A DNA stretch of 64,000 nt. Origin: an uncultured Verrucomicrobiae bacterium (GTDB lineage Bacteria; Verrucomicrobiota; Verrucomicrobiia; Chthoniobacterales; Terrimicrobiaceae). The translations under genes were made by a program, and so were the position numbers. Positions 1-10,226 of the stretch are shown piece by piece. Below the pieces are notes generated by a model. It saw nothing but the letters and a program-made list of their open reading frames with translations. It was not told the DNA's origin and made no database searches. The stretch lies in NCBI GenBank assembly GCA_963706955.1, contig CAVPOC010000006.1, forward strand, positions 160,001-224,000, given 5' to 3'. Positions within the stretch are counted from its first letter, which is position 1; each line of letters starts with the position of its first letter.

Positions 1-501
1 AGAGATCCCGACAAACATCCTGTTCTGGTTCGCGGGATCTATGACGATGGAATGCAGGCAGAGGCCACCTGCACCCGGTTGCCATCGAGATCGGCTGGGG
101 TGGTTCGTTAGCGACGAGACCTCGGACCAGGTTTCGCCGCCATCAACGCTCTGAAAAAGCGCCGCGGGCGCAACTCCGGCGTAGATAACGTTCGGTTCAC
201 TCGAGCGGCCCGGTTCAATGTGCCAAATTCGCTCGAGCTGATACTCCGAGTTCGCTTGGAACGCAGGGTTTTGCTGCGCGGTTTGCCAAGATCGTCCGAA
301 GTCCGGCGAGCGACTGATCTCGCAACCGAACCAGGAATCGTTCACAGCTGCGAAAATCAAGCCGGTGCGACGATCGTAGATGGCATGGTTAATCTCACGC
401 CCCGCATGGAACGGTCCGGTGAGTTCCCAGCGGCTCCGATCCAGGCTAACGAGCAAGAACAAGCCCTTTTTCGTGCCAACTAGCAGCAGACATTTATTCA
501 C
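1..501 (-). CDS. BNR/Asp-box repeat beta-propeller protein (sialidase-like), 3'-truncated by window edge
   Basis: Absent from the ORF track because it has no stop in the window. Manual translation from GTG at 501 gives VNKCLLLVGTKKGLF...SRSPDFGRSW...IYAGVAPAALFQSVDGGETW...WQPGAGGLCLHSIVIDP, with two Asp-box SxDxGxxW motifs. Confidence 0.85.
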   Translation of the reverse strand, partial: MNKCLLLVGTKKGLFLLVSLDRSRWELTGPFHAGREINHAIYDRRTGLIFAAVNDSWFGCEISRSPDFGRSWQTAQQNPAFQANSEYQLERIWHIEPGRSSEPNVIYAGVAPAALFQSVDGGETWSEVSSLTNHPSRSRWQPGAGGLCLHSIVIDPANQNRMFVGIS

Positions 502-537
502 GCAGACTCGATAATAAGAGGCATAAGAGTCGTGTTA

Positions 538-928
538 TCAACGACTATGTTCGACAGGGAGGCTCGCCAGAAACGACTCTCCACGTGTTTGGAGCCGTTC
601 CTGTAGGCGCTCTGTGCAGGTGCAGTTGCTGCAGGCCCATCAGCTCGGTGCCATTTTCATGACGACAATTGCGGCGTGAGTGAGCGTCCTTGATCTCGAT
701 CAGCTCAAAGAATTCTTCCCAATAGGGGCGTTCCTCTTGAAGTGGAGCCGCACAATAACAGACCTCAACCCAAACAGCGGTCCCGTCTTTCTGCAGGCGA
801 GCCTGTTCCATATCATCGAGGTATTCGTCGCCGGCGATTGAGCCTTGACCGAGAGTGCCCTCCTGAATGGCTTTCGCGAGAGCTTTTTCCTTTCCGCTCT
901 TTACTCGGGCTTTAACCAGGTAGCGCAT
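538..928 (-). CDS. Cys-rich hypothetical protein (one frameshift near 640)
   Basis: ORF 545..928 is protein-like up to ...RHENGTE. The shifted frame continues WACSNCTCTERLQERLQTRGESFLASLPVEHSR* (stop 538-540). CxC and CxxCxC motifs are present. Confidence 0.65.
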
Positions 929-994
929 CTCTCAAGATACATGAAGCGTCGCCGCACAACACCGTTGGCAGGTCGGCGTGACGATATAGGTCTC

Positions 995-1933
995 CTACCG
1001 ACTCAACTCGAGCATTCGGCGAACTGATCGCTCGGCTTTCAGGCGAATGGGTTCCGGGATGGTTATCTCGGGCTCCAGATAATCGAGGCAGTCGCGCAAC
1101 TTCTCCAGAGTATTAAGCTTCATATACCGGCAATCGTTACAGGCACAGAGATCTGTGGGACCGGCAATGAACACTTTGCCTGGCACTTCCTTTCGCAGGC
1201 GGTGGAGCATGCCACTCTCGGTGACGATGATGAATTCGTCAGCCGAACTCTCCCGGCAGTAGCCGACCATTTTTTCGGTCGAGCATACTTCGTCAGCAAG
1301 CATCCGCACGGCGAAGGTACACTCCGGATGTGCGACGACCTTCGCGTGGGGATACTGGCGCCGGATCGATGCAATGCTATTGCGGGTGAACTCGACATGG
1401 ACGTAGCAGTTGCCCTGCCAGAGATCCATCTTTCTGCCTGTTTTTTCCATCACCCAAGCGCCGAGATTCTGATCCGGCACGAAGAGAATCGGTCGATCCT
1501 TCGGAGCGCTTTCGACAATTTTGACGGCGTTACCACTGGTGCAAATTACGTCCGCAAGGGCCTTAACGCCCGCGCTGCAGTTTATGTAGGCGATCACGTA
1601 GTAGTTTTTCCCGCGGTTGGCATCGAGAAAGGCGGCCAGCTGCTCCGGAGGGCAGGAGTCCGACAACGAGCAGCCCGCATCCATGTCGGGGATCACGACT
1701 GTCTTGCTCGGATTGATGATCTTTGCCGTCTCGCCCATGAAATGCACTCCGCAGAAAGCGATGACATCGGCCTTTGTTTCCGAAGCTTTGTAGCTCAAGC
1801 CGAGCGAATCTCCGACGAAGTCGGCGAGATCTTGAATAGGGCCCACTTGATAATTGTGGGCAAGGATAACCGCATTTCGCCGCTCCTTCAGATCGAGAAT
1901 TTCTTCAACAATGTCCGTGGCGACAGCTGTCAT
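995..1933 (-). CDS. nadA: Quinolinate synthase NadA
   Basis: AHNYQ, VGDSLGL, FCGVHFMGET, AGCSL, CYVH, AHPEC and CRYMK motifs, including the three Fe-S cysteines. Confidence 0.97.
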   Translation of the reverse strand: MTAVATDIVEEILDLKERRNAVILAHNYQVGPIQDLADFVGDSLGLSYKASETKADVIAFCGVHFMGETAKIINPSKTVVIPDMDAGCSLSDSCPPEQLAAFLDANRGKNYYVIAYINCSAGVKALADVICTSGNAVKIVESAPKDRPILFVPDQNLGAWVMEKTGRKMDLWQGNCYVHVEFTRNSIASIRRQYPHAKVVAHPECTFAVRMLADEVCSTEKMVGYCRESSADEFIIVTESGMLHRLRKEVPGKVFIAGPTDLCACNDCRYMKLNTLEKLRDCLDYLEPEITIPEPIRLKAERSVRRMLELSR

Positions 1934-2045
1934 GCTGCAATTTCACAGATATTTGACTGGCTTCAAGTCGCATCCCCCTGCTCCGCGCGTCACGAGCTGG
2001 CGCAGAAGCCTGGCGGACAGCTCTCGAGTTGAAGGAGAGGGGGTC

Positions 2046-2978
2046 TTACGACAGTGTCTTCAGAGCGTCGGTGAGGCTGGCGACGTTTGAGATGGAAATT
2101 ACAGGCGTGCCTTTGCGGATCCGGCCGACGAGTCCTGCGAGAACGCCGCCGGGGCCAAGCTCGATCAACTGAGTGCAATGAAGATGATCGAGCAGATAGT
2201 TAACACTCTCCGTCCAACGGACGCTGCCCGTTACCTGCTCCGCGAGAGTCCGCCGGATCTCTTCCGGTTCACGGACCGCCTGTGCATTGACGTTGCAGAC
2301 CACCGGCACCTCTGGAGACTTGATTGAGGTTTCTGCCAGAACCTTTTGAAGCTTGAGATAGGCATTTTCCATTAAGCGCGAGTGAAAAGCACCTGCGACC
2401 TGAAGCTCGACGGCTTTGCGAGCTCCATACTCTTTTGCGAGCGAGACGGCCCGGGCGATTTTGGAGGCCTCGCCTGAGAGAACGATTTGGCCTGGGCCGT
2501 TGAGATTGGCCACGTCGACACCAGCTGCCGCCGCGAGTTCGCGAACTCGCTTTTCCTCGCCTCCAATAATTGCCGCCATACTGCCCTGCGTATTTTCACA
2601 AGCTTCCTGCATGGCCTGCGAGCGCTTGGCAACCAATTCCAAACCGGTCTGGAAATCGAAGGTCCCCGCGGCAGCATGGGCCGTGAATTCCCCAAGTGAG
2701 AGTCCCGCGGCCGCATGAAAAACAAACCGCGGTAGCTTCTCTTTAAGGACGGCGAGACACGCCAGACCATGCACATAGAGAGCGGGCTGGCAAACCGACG
2801 TCTTGGTCAGCTCGTCTGCTGGACCGTCGAAGGTGGTCTGCGAGAGGGGAAAACCGAGAAAATCGTCGGCCTGTTTAAAAACGTCGGCTGCGACCGGGAA
2901 CTCGGTGGCCAAATCCTTGCCCATGCCGACGGCCTGGGCGCCCTGGCCGGCAAACAGCAACGCAATTTTCTTGTTCAT
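2046..2978 (-). CDS. fabD: Malonyl-CoA:ACP transacylase
   Basis: FAGQGAQxVGMG, GLSLGE (GxSxG), GAFHS and ELGPGxVL motifs. Confidence 0.96.
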   Translation of the reverse strand: MNKKIALLFAGQGAQAVGMGKDLATEFPVAADVFKQADDFLGFPLSQTTFDGPADELTKTSVCQPALYVHGLACLAVLKEKLPRFVFHAAAGLSLGEFTAHAAAGTFDFQTGLELVAKRSQAMQEACENTQGSMAAIIGGEEKRVRELAAAAGVDVANLNGPGQIVLSGEASKIARAVSLAKEYGARKAVELQVAGAFHSRLMENAYLKLQKVLAETSIKSPEVPVVCNVNAQAVREPEEIRRTLAEQVTGSVRWTESVNYLLDHLHCTQLIELGPGGVLAGLVGRIRKGTPVISISNVASLTDALKTLS

Positions 2979-4084
2979 AGGGTGATCTTGAGGAGAAGGG
3001 CGGCTCTTTTCGCCGCCGCACGCAACAGTTCTGCCGCATGGGCGCGAGACTCTTCAAGCGTCAATGGTCCGTTCGCGATCGGGATACAGGCGTCAAAGCC
3101 AGGTAGCTCTCCTTCGATGATGCCGGCGAACCCGATAACCGGCTTGTCATGGCGCTGCGCCAGTTGGGAGATTTCGAATGGGGCCTTGCCTTGGAGCGAC
3201 TGGGCATCCAGCCGTCCTTCGCCGGTGATAACAAGGTCTGCCGCCGACACTCGGCTCTCCAAATCCATCAGACGTGAGATCGCATTGAAGCCGGATTCGA
3301 GCGTAGCCTGCAAGAACATGAACAAGCCAAAACCGAGTCCCCCAGCGGCACCGGCCCCTGGGACGAGGCTCAGATCTTTTCCAAATTGCTCGCTGCACAG
3401 GCGAGCGAGGTGAGACAAGGATTCCTCCAACGTCGCGAGCATCTCGGGCGATGCGCCCTTTTGCGGGCCGAACGTCCGCGTGGCTCCGGCAGCACCCAGC
3501 AGCGGATTACTAACGTCACAGAGGCCCGTCACACGGCAGGAAAGCGGCGTATCCGGAGGGACGATTTTGCTGATTTTGCGAAACTCTGCTGGATGCGGGG
3601 CGAGTGTGTTGTTCGCCGCATCAAGAAACTTCCATCCCAGCGCGCTGGCCATCCCGACTCCAGCGTCGTTCGTGGCACTTCCGCCCAAGCCCACAAGGAG
3701 TTGCTCTGCTCCGTGAGCCATCGCGTCCGCCATCAACTCGCCGGTCCCGAGCGTGTGAGCATGCAACGGGTCGCGTTCACCGGGCTTGATTCGCCAAAGT
3801 CCGGACGCGGCGCTCATCTCGACGACGGCGAGCTTTTGATCGCCCATCCATGCATAAGAAGCATTGACGGGACGCTCAAGGGCATCATGTGTTGCGACCT
3901 CCACCCATTCACCGTCTGATGCACTGAGGAAAATTCCAGCTGTTCCCTCGCCGCCATCCGCTACCGGAACAATGTCGAAGTTTGCCTCCGGAAAAACGGT
4001 GATGAAGCCGTTGTGAATAGCATCCGCCGCCTGTTGCGCGGTGAGAGATTCCTTGAATTTGTCGGGGGCGATGAGGATCCGCAT
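2975..4084 (-). CDS. Glycerate kinase (GlxK/GarK family)
   Basis: IAPDKFKESL, ADGGEGT, GLGGSATND, GAGAAGGLG and ITGEGRLDxQSLxGK motifs. Confidence 0.95.
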   Translation of the reverse strand: MRILIAPDKFKESLTAQQAADAIHNGFITVFPEANFDIVPVADGGEGTAGIFLSASDGEWVEVATHDALERPVNASYAWMGDQKLAVVEMSAASGLWRIKPGERDPLHAHTLGTGELMADAMAHGAEQLLVGLGGSATNDAGVGMASALGWKFLDAANNTLAPHPAEFRKISKIVPPDTPLSCRVTGLCDVSNPLLGAAGATRTFGPQKGASPEMLATLEESLSHLARLCSEQFGKDLSLVPGAGAAGGLGFGLFMFLQATLESGFNAISRLMDLESRVSAADLVITGEGRLDAQSLQGKAPFEISQLAQRHDKPVIGFAGIIEGELPGFDACIPIANGPLTLEESRAHAAELLRAAAKRAALLLKITL

Positions 4085-4170
4085 CAGCTTCCTAAGAATT
4101 GCAAGCTACGTCGAAACACTTCGCGTGAACTGAGAAAATCAAGTGGTCTTCCTGACGATCATTCGCGACG

Positions 4171-6648
4171 ATGGTGCCTATCGAGCACATGCCTTTGCTT
4201 CACCATGCTTGGGAAACTTGCCAGACGCGAGTTTTTCTCGCCAAATCCAGAATTCCCTGTCGCACAGTCGCTTGGTTAGTCGGGATCATTTTCCTTTTTG
4301 CGATCAGCTGGGCTGCCGCTGAAAGCTCGCCGGAGCAGTCCCCTGCGGCGACGCCGAAGGCGAGTCCGGAGCCAACACCCCTACCGCTGGCAAACGTCCT
4401 TTCGGAGGCGCAATCAACCATGACCACTCTCGAGGAGGTCGATGCGAGTGTCTCGAGGGTTCTCTCCAGCACGGACGGCATCGTCACTCGGCTGTCGGAA
4501 CTCAATGGCGAGATCGACCCGAGATTGGCGGAAGACACGAAGCTCCTGACGACCAGTCCCTCCCTTGATATCCTGTATCGCGTCAAGCTTACGTGGGAGG
4601 ACTTTAGTCGCAATCTGTCCGTCCTGGCTCGAGAACTTACTCAGCAGGCCATGAGCCTGGAGCAAGAATTGGTCGATTTGGGCCGATTGGCCAAGATTTG
4701 GCAGAGCACGCTCGACGCTGCCAAACAGACTAACGCTCCGGTCGAGCCCCTGCAGACTGCCGTTAATTCGATCGAGCAGAGGCGCCAGGCGGTCGAGGCA
4801 AGCCGCGCACGTGTCCTGACTTTGCTGAGCCAGATTTCCGATGAGGAAACCCGCATACGAAGGACGCTCTCATCCATCGAGCAGTCACAAGTCCAGGCGT
4901 TGCGGGATCTTCTCGTTAGAGACAGCCCCCCGATCTGGAGGCTCAAGCCAGGATTAGGACGGGAGTGGCAGAATCGGAGCACACAGTCGTTTGCTTCTCA
5001 AGTGAAAGCTGCGACCGGGTTCGGCAAGCGACTTCCTTTTTCCTTTGTCATTCACGCCGCGCTTCTGGTGGTGATCGCTCTGCTTCTCCAAAAAGTGCGT
5101 TCCAGCGTGCGAAAGTTGGCAAAAGAGAAGCCAGAGCTCGAGCGGGCCGTACCGATCCTTGATCTGCCAATTTCCACCGCCTTTGTGCTCACCATCCTCG
5201 GCAGTCCGCTGATTTATCCGCAAGCCCCGCGTTTGATTCAGGCGCTCTTGGGTAGCCTTTCTCTGATTCCGACCATCGCCATTCTGCGACGACTTTTGGA
5301 CCGGAGCTTGTCGCCGATTCTGTACTGGATTGTGATCATGTACTTCGTTGATCAGCTCCGGATGCTCGTGGTCTCACTGCCGGAGCTAGCCAGGCTCTTG
5401 TTTCTCGCTCAAATGCTCGGCGGGTCCCTGTTCCTGTTGTGGCTGCTGAAAAGCCAGCTTCTCAAGGCGAGAATTGCCGAAGCCAGCGCTCGGTTCACGA
5501 AGGCGATTCGTGCCATGGCCATGATTGGGCTTGTCTTTCTGCCGGCGGCAGCGCTCGCCAATGTTCTTGGGTACGCGGATCTGGGCAACTTGATCGGGAT
5601 GATTTTCCTGAGAAGCGTTTACGTCGCGGCGCTGCTTTATACTGTCATACGGATCCTCGAGGGGCTCATCATAATCGCGCTTGAGATTCAGCCGCTTGCC
5701 TCCCTGCGCGTCGTCACCTTGCATCGTCACCTGCTCCAGCGACGCGCGTCTGGAGTCCTCGAAGTCCTGGCGGTGCTGTTTTGGCTGAATTTGATGCTCG
5801 GTTTTTTCGGCCTAACCACCCCTTTGATGACATGGTTACGAGCGGCTCTCACCGCAAGCGTGACGATCGGTTCGCTTAGTGTTTCGTTGGGCGGCATCCT
5901 CGCCTTTGTCATCGCAATCTGGGGATCTTTGCTCATCTCGCGCTTCGTCCGCTTTGTGTTGGAAGAAGATGTTTACAGCCATCTCGTGCTCGATCGTGGA
6001 ATTCCTTATGCCATCTCGACGATGCTCCACTATGTGATTCTGCTCGTCGGTTTTTTTGTGGCTTTGGGAGCTCTTGGGATCGACCTGACCAAGATTACTA
6101 TTCTCGCCGGAGCCTTCAGCGTGGGCATCGGTTTTGGATTGCAGAACGTCATCAACAACTTTGTCTCCGGTCTTATTCTCCTCTTTGAGCGCCCGATCAA
6201 GATTGGCGACATCATCGAAGTGAGTGGAAATATCGGAGAGGTTCGCCAGATTGGCATTCGCGCGAGCATTATTCGAACCAAGGATGGCTCGGAGGTCATC
6301 GTTCCGAATGGGCTGCTCATCTCGGGCCAGGTAACGAACTGGACGTTATCGGATCGAGGGCGGGCGGTTGAAGTCTCCGTCACAGTGGCCCCGACCGCCG
6401 ATCTGCAGCAGGTGGCCGATTTGCTCAAGAGCATTGCTGCCGATCATGCCGATGTGGCCAAAGATCCCCCGCCGCAGGCGCATGTAACCAGCATCACCGC
6501 AACCGCCGTTGCCTTTCAGCTTCGCATCTGGACGGAACGAAATGAGGCCTGGGCGCAGGTGCGCAGCGATCTTTCCGTCGCCATCAACCAGGCACTTGCC
6601 CGTGAGAAAATCTTGATGGCACCAGAAAGTCGCAACAAGACCTCCTAA
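4171..6648 (+). CDS. Large MscS-family mechanosensitive channel (MscK-like architecture)
   Basis: Signal-like N-terminus, coiled-coil region, many TM helices and a C-terminal GAFSVGIGFGLQNVINNFVSGLILLFERPIKIGD MscS signature. The true start may be downstream. Confidence 0.93.
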   Translation: MVPIEHMPLLHHAWETCQTRVFLAKSRIPCRTVAWLVGIIFLFAISWAAAESSPEQSPAATPKASPEPTPLPLANVLSEAQSTMTTLEEVDASVSRVLSSTDGIVTRLSELNGEIDPRLAEDTKLLTTSPSLDILYRVKLTWEDFSRNLSVLARELTQQAMSLEQELVDLGRLAKIWQSTLDAAKQTNAPVEPLQTAVNSIEQRRQAVEASRARVLTLLSQISDEETRIRRTLSSIEQSQVQALRDLLVRDSPPIWRLKPGLGREWQNRSTQSFASQVKAATGFGKRLPFSFVIHAALLVVIALLLQKVRSSVRKLAKEKPELERAVPILDLPISTAFVLTILGSPLIYPQAPRLIQALLGSLSLIPTIAILRRLLDRSLSPILYWIVIMYFVDQLRMLVVSLPELARLLFLAQMLGGSLFLLWLLKSQLLKARIAEASARFTKAIRAMAMIGLVFLPAAALANVLGYADLGNLIGMIFLRSVYVAALLYTVIRILEGLIIIALEIQPLASLRVVTLHRHLLQRRASGVLEVLAVLFWLNLMLGFFGLTTPLMTWLRAALTASVTIGSLSVSLGGILAFVIAIWGSLLISRFVRFVLEEDVYSHLVLDRGIPYAISTMLHYVILLVGFFVALGALGIDLTKITILAGAFSVGIGFGLQNVINNFVSGLILLFERPIKIGDIIEVSGNIGEVRQIGIRASIIRTKDGSEVIVPNGLLISGQVTNWTLSDRGRAVEVSVTVAPTADLQQVADLLKSIAADHADVAKDPPPQAHVTSITATAVAFQLRIWTERNEAWAQVRSDLSVAINQALAREKILMAPESRNKTS

Positions 6649-6839
6649 TCACCGAAGTCTTTGTGCAATGCCTCAGTGATGACACTCACATCCGGCCCGG
6701 TGACCAATTCCGGTCTGTCAATTCCCGTGAAAAGGACCTCGGCGACCTCCTTCCCGCCTTGCTCTTGAAGTTTAACGGCTGTGACGTGATCAAGGTTAAA
6801 ATAGGTATTGGACTCCTTGAGAAAAAGAAACCGTGCCAT
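6645..6839 (-). CDS. Small hypothetical protein (64 aa)
   Basis: Globular-looking composition, ATG start, TTGACG-like promoter upstream, convergent overlap with the mscS stop. Confidence 0.55.
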   Translation of the reverse strand: MARFLFLKESNTYFNLDHVTAVKLQEQGGKEVAEVLFTGIDRPELVTGPDVSVITEALHKDFGD

Positions 6840-6946
6840 TTCAGTTTTCTATTGTCCGCTCCTCAAACCGTCAAGCGAAGCGGGGAGTCATGCTCGTCCA
6901 GAGAGGCTATTGATCAAGCGCGCAGCCGTGATACTCTGGATGATCA

Positions 6947-7144
6947 ATGAAGGTTTCTGACCACAAGATTGTCACTGCTGCTAATTCGAAGAAAGTTGCC
7001 AACGCCGTGATGGCGTATCTGCGTGAGGGATGGGAGCTATTCGGCACTCCTTTTCCGGCGCCGGATGGCATTGGCCAGGCGGTCGTGAAACGAGACGCCT
7101 TTTCGCCCAGCAGCGAGGTTCCATCGACTCTGAAGCCGGAGTGA
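6947..7144 (+). CDS. DUF1737-like small protein
   Basis: VxxYLxEGWELFGxP...QAVVK pattern typical of DUF1737. Confidence 0.7.
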   Translation: MKVSDHKIVTAANSKKVANAVMAYLREGWELFGTPFPAPDGIGQAVVKRDAFSPSSEVPSTLKPE

Positions 7145-8257
7145 AGAGATTGGCGTGTGGCCGACCAGAGAAGCAGTCGTGAGATTGCCTGGGTAATTGC
7201 TTGAGCTCGCGAGAGAGCGGATTAACTTTTCCGACCATTTCGCCACCTACGGGGCGTCCGACAGGTCTGCAATGGTACCTAAGCTTGAGAGTCAAGAAGC
7301 GCTTCAAAGATGATCGAACGATTTGATCAAGCGAGCATGCATCTGAGTTATCCGCAGCCAACGCCAGATAGACAATAAAATCGGGCTCTCAATCAAAAAT
7401 TGGGGACATGGGGTCACTAAAGGACCACCATGCCCCTGTGTGTGATAATGGACTAAGAGGCTAGCGCGTTTTGCGGAGCGAAAGCAACAGGCAAGTGTTC
7501 GTGCACTCGGAACTAGAGAGGAACCGGATTGCTGTCGGTTCTGCGCCAGCCGCCGCACCGAATCTTCGGCGCTGGTGGGCTAATTTCTGTCAAGCCTCTG
7601 CTTCTTGGGAGCAATGAGGACTGCTGTAAATATAACCTTTAGTCGTCGGCTATTTATTGAGCGTCGACGTGTACCCCGTCCACATTTTCGATATCCGCGA
7701 GGCCAAGATCGCCAGGGAAATAGCGTTCGAGAAGTGGAAGGTGGTAGCGGAGATCCCTTTGCTTCGCCCGGATTTGGTGACAGCCACATCTAGCTAAGTT
7801 GGTCCATTTTTTTGGTAAGAAAGATAAATGCCGTTCGGCCTGATTTCGGTTCAGACTTAGAGCACTATGTAATCACGGCCTGTGGGACATAACTGTGCCG
7901 TCGCAGGGCGTTTGGACGTCAGGGCCGCCGCGGGGAGGAGGGCGGGAGGTGCGTAAATATCACCTCGGGTAAGTAGAAAGTATTTCGGCAAAGACCTTTA
8001 GCTCGAGAGGAAACTCGTCTCTGGCTTGGCGAGATCAAGTTGAGGCTGCTCAGCTTATCGGGCAGTTGCCTACCGAGCTTCGAGAACGCAGAGCAGACTG
8101 AAAAGGGCGGCATTCGCCGGTCATTAGGTTCCGTTGCCGTTTATTGCGGCCAGAGTCTCACTTGTCACTATTTCATTGACTGTTCCGGCAAAACGCTATT
8201 ACTTGCAGTGTCGGTTTGATAGAAATCGACAATAACTCACTCGCGTGAGGAGGGCTT

Positions 8258-9571
8258 ATGCCTTCTGCTTCTAATTGCAATTATCGTCTCGGCGCTAAGC
8301 GCCTGACGATAAAATTAGTTGGGATTAACGCTCTGATGGCAGCAGCGCTGCTGACCATCACTGTTGTTGGGAGAGCTTCGGTTGACGAAGTTGCGCGGTG
8401 GAATCAAGTCGCCACCGATGCCACCGTAGCAGCCAAAATCAACCCGCTCGCGGAAAGTCGCATCTTTGCGATCCTCCACGTGGCGATTCACGACGCAGTA
8501 AATGCCGTAGAGCCTCGTTATGAGCCATATCAGCCGAAGACATCTCCACCCCCGGCCGGCGCCTCGGTCGAGGCAGCCATCGCCGGCGCCGCGCACGCTA
8601 CGCTTGTCGCTTTGCTTCCGGACTCGCAAGCAACCTTTGACGCGGCCTTGCAGGAAACGCCTCGTGCCATCACCGACGATTCGAGAGCGGCAGGTCTGGA
8701 GGTCGGACGAACTGCTGCCGCGGCGATTCTCACGGCACGGCAAAACGACGGTGAGAATCGAACTGTGGAATACACTCCGGGAACGAAGGCCGGCGACTAC
8801 TGTCCGACTCCGCCGGACTTTAAACCCGCAGCCTTGGTGCAGTGGGGGAGCGTGACGCCGTTTGTGCTGAAGTCAGCCGATCAGTTCCGCTGTCCCGATC
8901 CGCCGGCGGTGAACAGTCCGCGTGCTTTTGCGGACCTTGAGGAAGTCAAGGCGATCGGCGGAAGCAAGAGTGCCACGCGGACTGCCGAACAAAGCGAGAT
9001 CGCCCGTTATTGGTATGAGAGTTCACCCCAGGGTTGGAACCGCATCGCGCGCGAGGTGTTGGCTGCACGGCAATTCGACGTATGGGAGAGCGCCCGACTC
9101 TTTGCACTGTTGAATCTAGCGATGGCCGACGGCTACATCGCCGGTTTCGATAGCAAATACCATTGCAACTACTGGCGCCCGGCCACTGCCATCCGGGCAG
9201 GCGGCGACAGCGAATGGCTGAGCTATCTTCCGACCCCGCCGGTACCGGATTACCCCTCAACCCATACGGTGGAAGGGGCTGCTGCGGCTACGGTGATGGC
9301 CCGGTTCTTTAACACAGACTTCATCAGTTTCTCGATGACCAGCGGGGCCCCCTATCCGGGCATCACCCGCAAATTCTGGAGCTTCTCGGAAGCAGCGCGA
9401 GAAAATGGTGCCTCCCGTATCCTTTGCGGAATTCACTTCTCGACCGCAGTGAACGCCGGCTATGTCCAGGGCGAACGCATTGGGGAATGGGCTTTCGAAA
9501 ACGCATTGCGGCCCGAAAAGGCTCAGCAGGCAATCGCGGCCTCTCCCGTTTCGGAAAAGCGGGATCACTGA
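8258..9571 (+). CDS. Secreted vanadium-dependent haloperoxidase / PAP2-superfamily protein
   Basis: KYHCNYWRP, PDYPSTH and SRILCGIHF vanadate/phosphate-binding motifs; HVAIHDAVNA helix; N-terminal signal-like segment; GAGGAGG RBS before 8258. Confidence 0.88.
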   Translation: MPSASNCNYRLGAKRLTIKLVGINALMAAALLTITVVGRASVDEVARWNQVATDATVAAKINPLAESRIFAILHVAIHDAVNAVEPRYEPYQPKTSPPPAGASVEAAIAGAAHATLVALLPDSQATFDAALQETPRAITDDSRAAGLEVGRTAAAAILTARQNDGENRTVEYTPGTKAGDYCPTPPDFKPAALVQWGSVTPFVLKSADQFRCPDPPAVNSPRAFADLEEVKAIGGSKSATRTAEQSEIARYWYESSPQGWNRIAREVLAARQFDVWESARLFALLNLAMADGYIAGFDSKYHCNYWRPATAIRAGGDSEWLSYLPTPPVPDYPSTHTVEGAAAATVMARFFNTDFISFSMTSGAPYPGITRKFWSFSEAARENGASRILCGIHFSTAVNAGYVQGERIGEWAFENALRPEKAQQAIAASPVSEKRDH

Positions 9572-9599
9572 AGCTGCGGAGCATCAGGACATTGGCCAG

Positions 9600-10032
9600 T
9601 CACTCTCGGACGGCCGGTAAATCTGGCACTGAGTTCCGCAGAAATGGGAACTTGGGATTGGGACCTGCCAACTGGTGTGTTTTGGTGGGACGAGAGGATG
9701 CATGCCCTTTTCGGGCTGGCTCCAGGCGCATTCAAGGAGAGCTACGAGGACTTCCTTGGTTTGATCCATGAAGAGGATCGCGAGAGGATTCGCGCGTGCG
9801 ATTGCGGAACGCGCCGCCGTGGATACCGAATTTCAGCTTGCCTGGCCGTCGCACGGAAGCATGTGATGAGTCACGGGTACACTGAGACGACGATACGGAG
9901 ATCTCGCGAATCGTCGGAGTAGCCTGGGACATCGCGGAGCGTCGCCAAACCGAGCTAACTTTGGACAAAGAGCGCAGTTTGCTGGCTACGTTGATGGATA
10001 CCCTGCCATACACGTTCTATTTTAAGGACTAA
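9600..10032 (+). pseudogene. Degenerate PAS-domain sensor remnant
   Basis: LALSSAEMGTWDWDL...WDERMHALFG...IHEEDRERI, then in another frame RIVGVAWDIAERRQTELTLDKERSLLATLMDTLPYTFYFKD*. No start context and no output domain. Confidence 0.75.
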
Positions 10033-10226
10033 GAAAGCCGGGTTCGCAGCGGAAACTTTCCGCGGCGTCAGCCATTTGGCCAGGCACAGCTGAAGGTCAA
10101 AGAAGAGGCCAAGGCGTCGGAGTAGCCAAGTCCAGGGCTAGGACTGGATCAGATAGGAACCGTCTCTACGGTAACTGGCACCCTTGCGGCTTTTGACGCT
10201 CTCCGTGCTTGGTCTTAAACTGAGCT

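Noticed and set aside
7605..7797. Possible small gene (alternative frame ...VDVYPVHIFDIREAKIAREIAFEKWKVVAEIPLLRP...)
   Set aside because: Protein-like but lacks a clear start or family motif; not supportable without a search.
8245..8254. GTGAGGAGGG resembling the tRNA-Ser 3' end (possible att site)
   Set aside because: Short and imperfect; better explained as the RBS of the gene at 8258.
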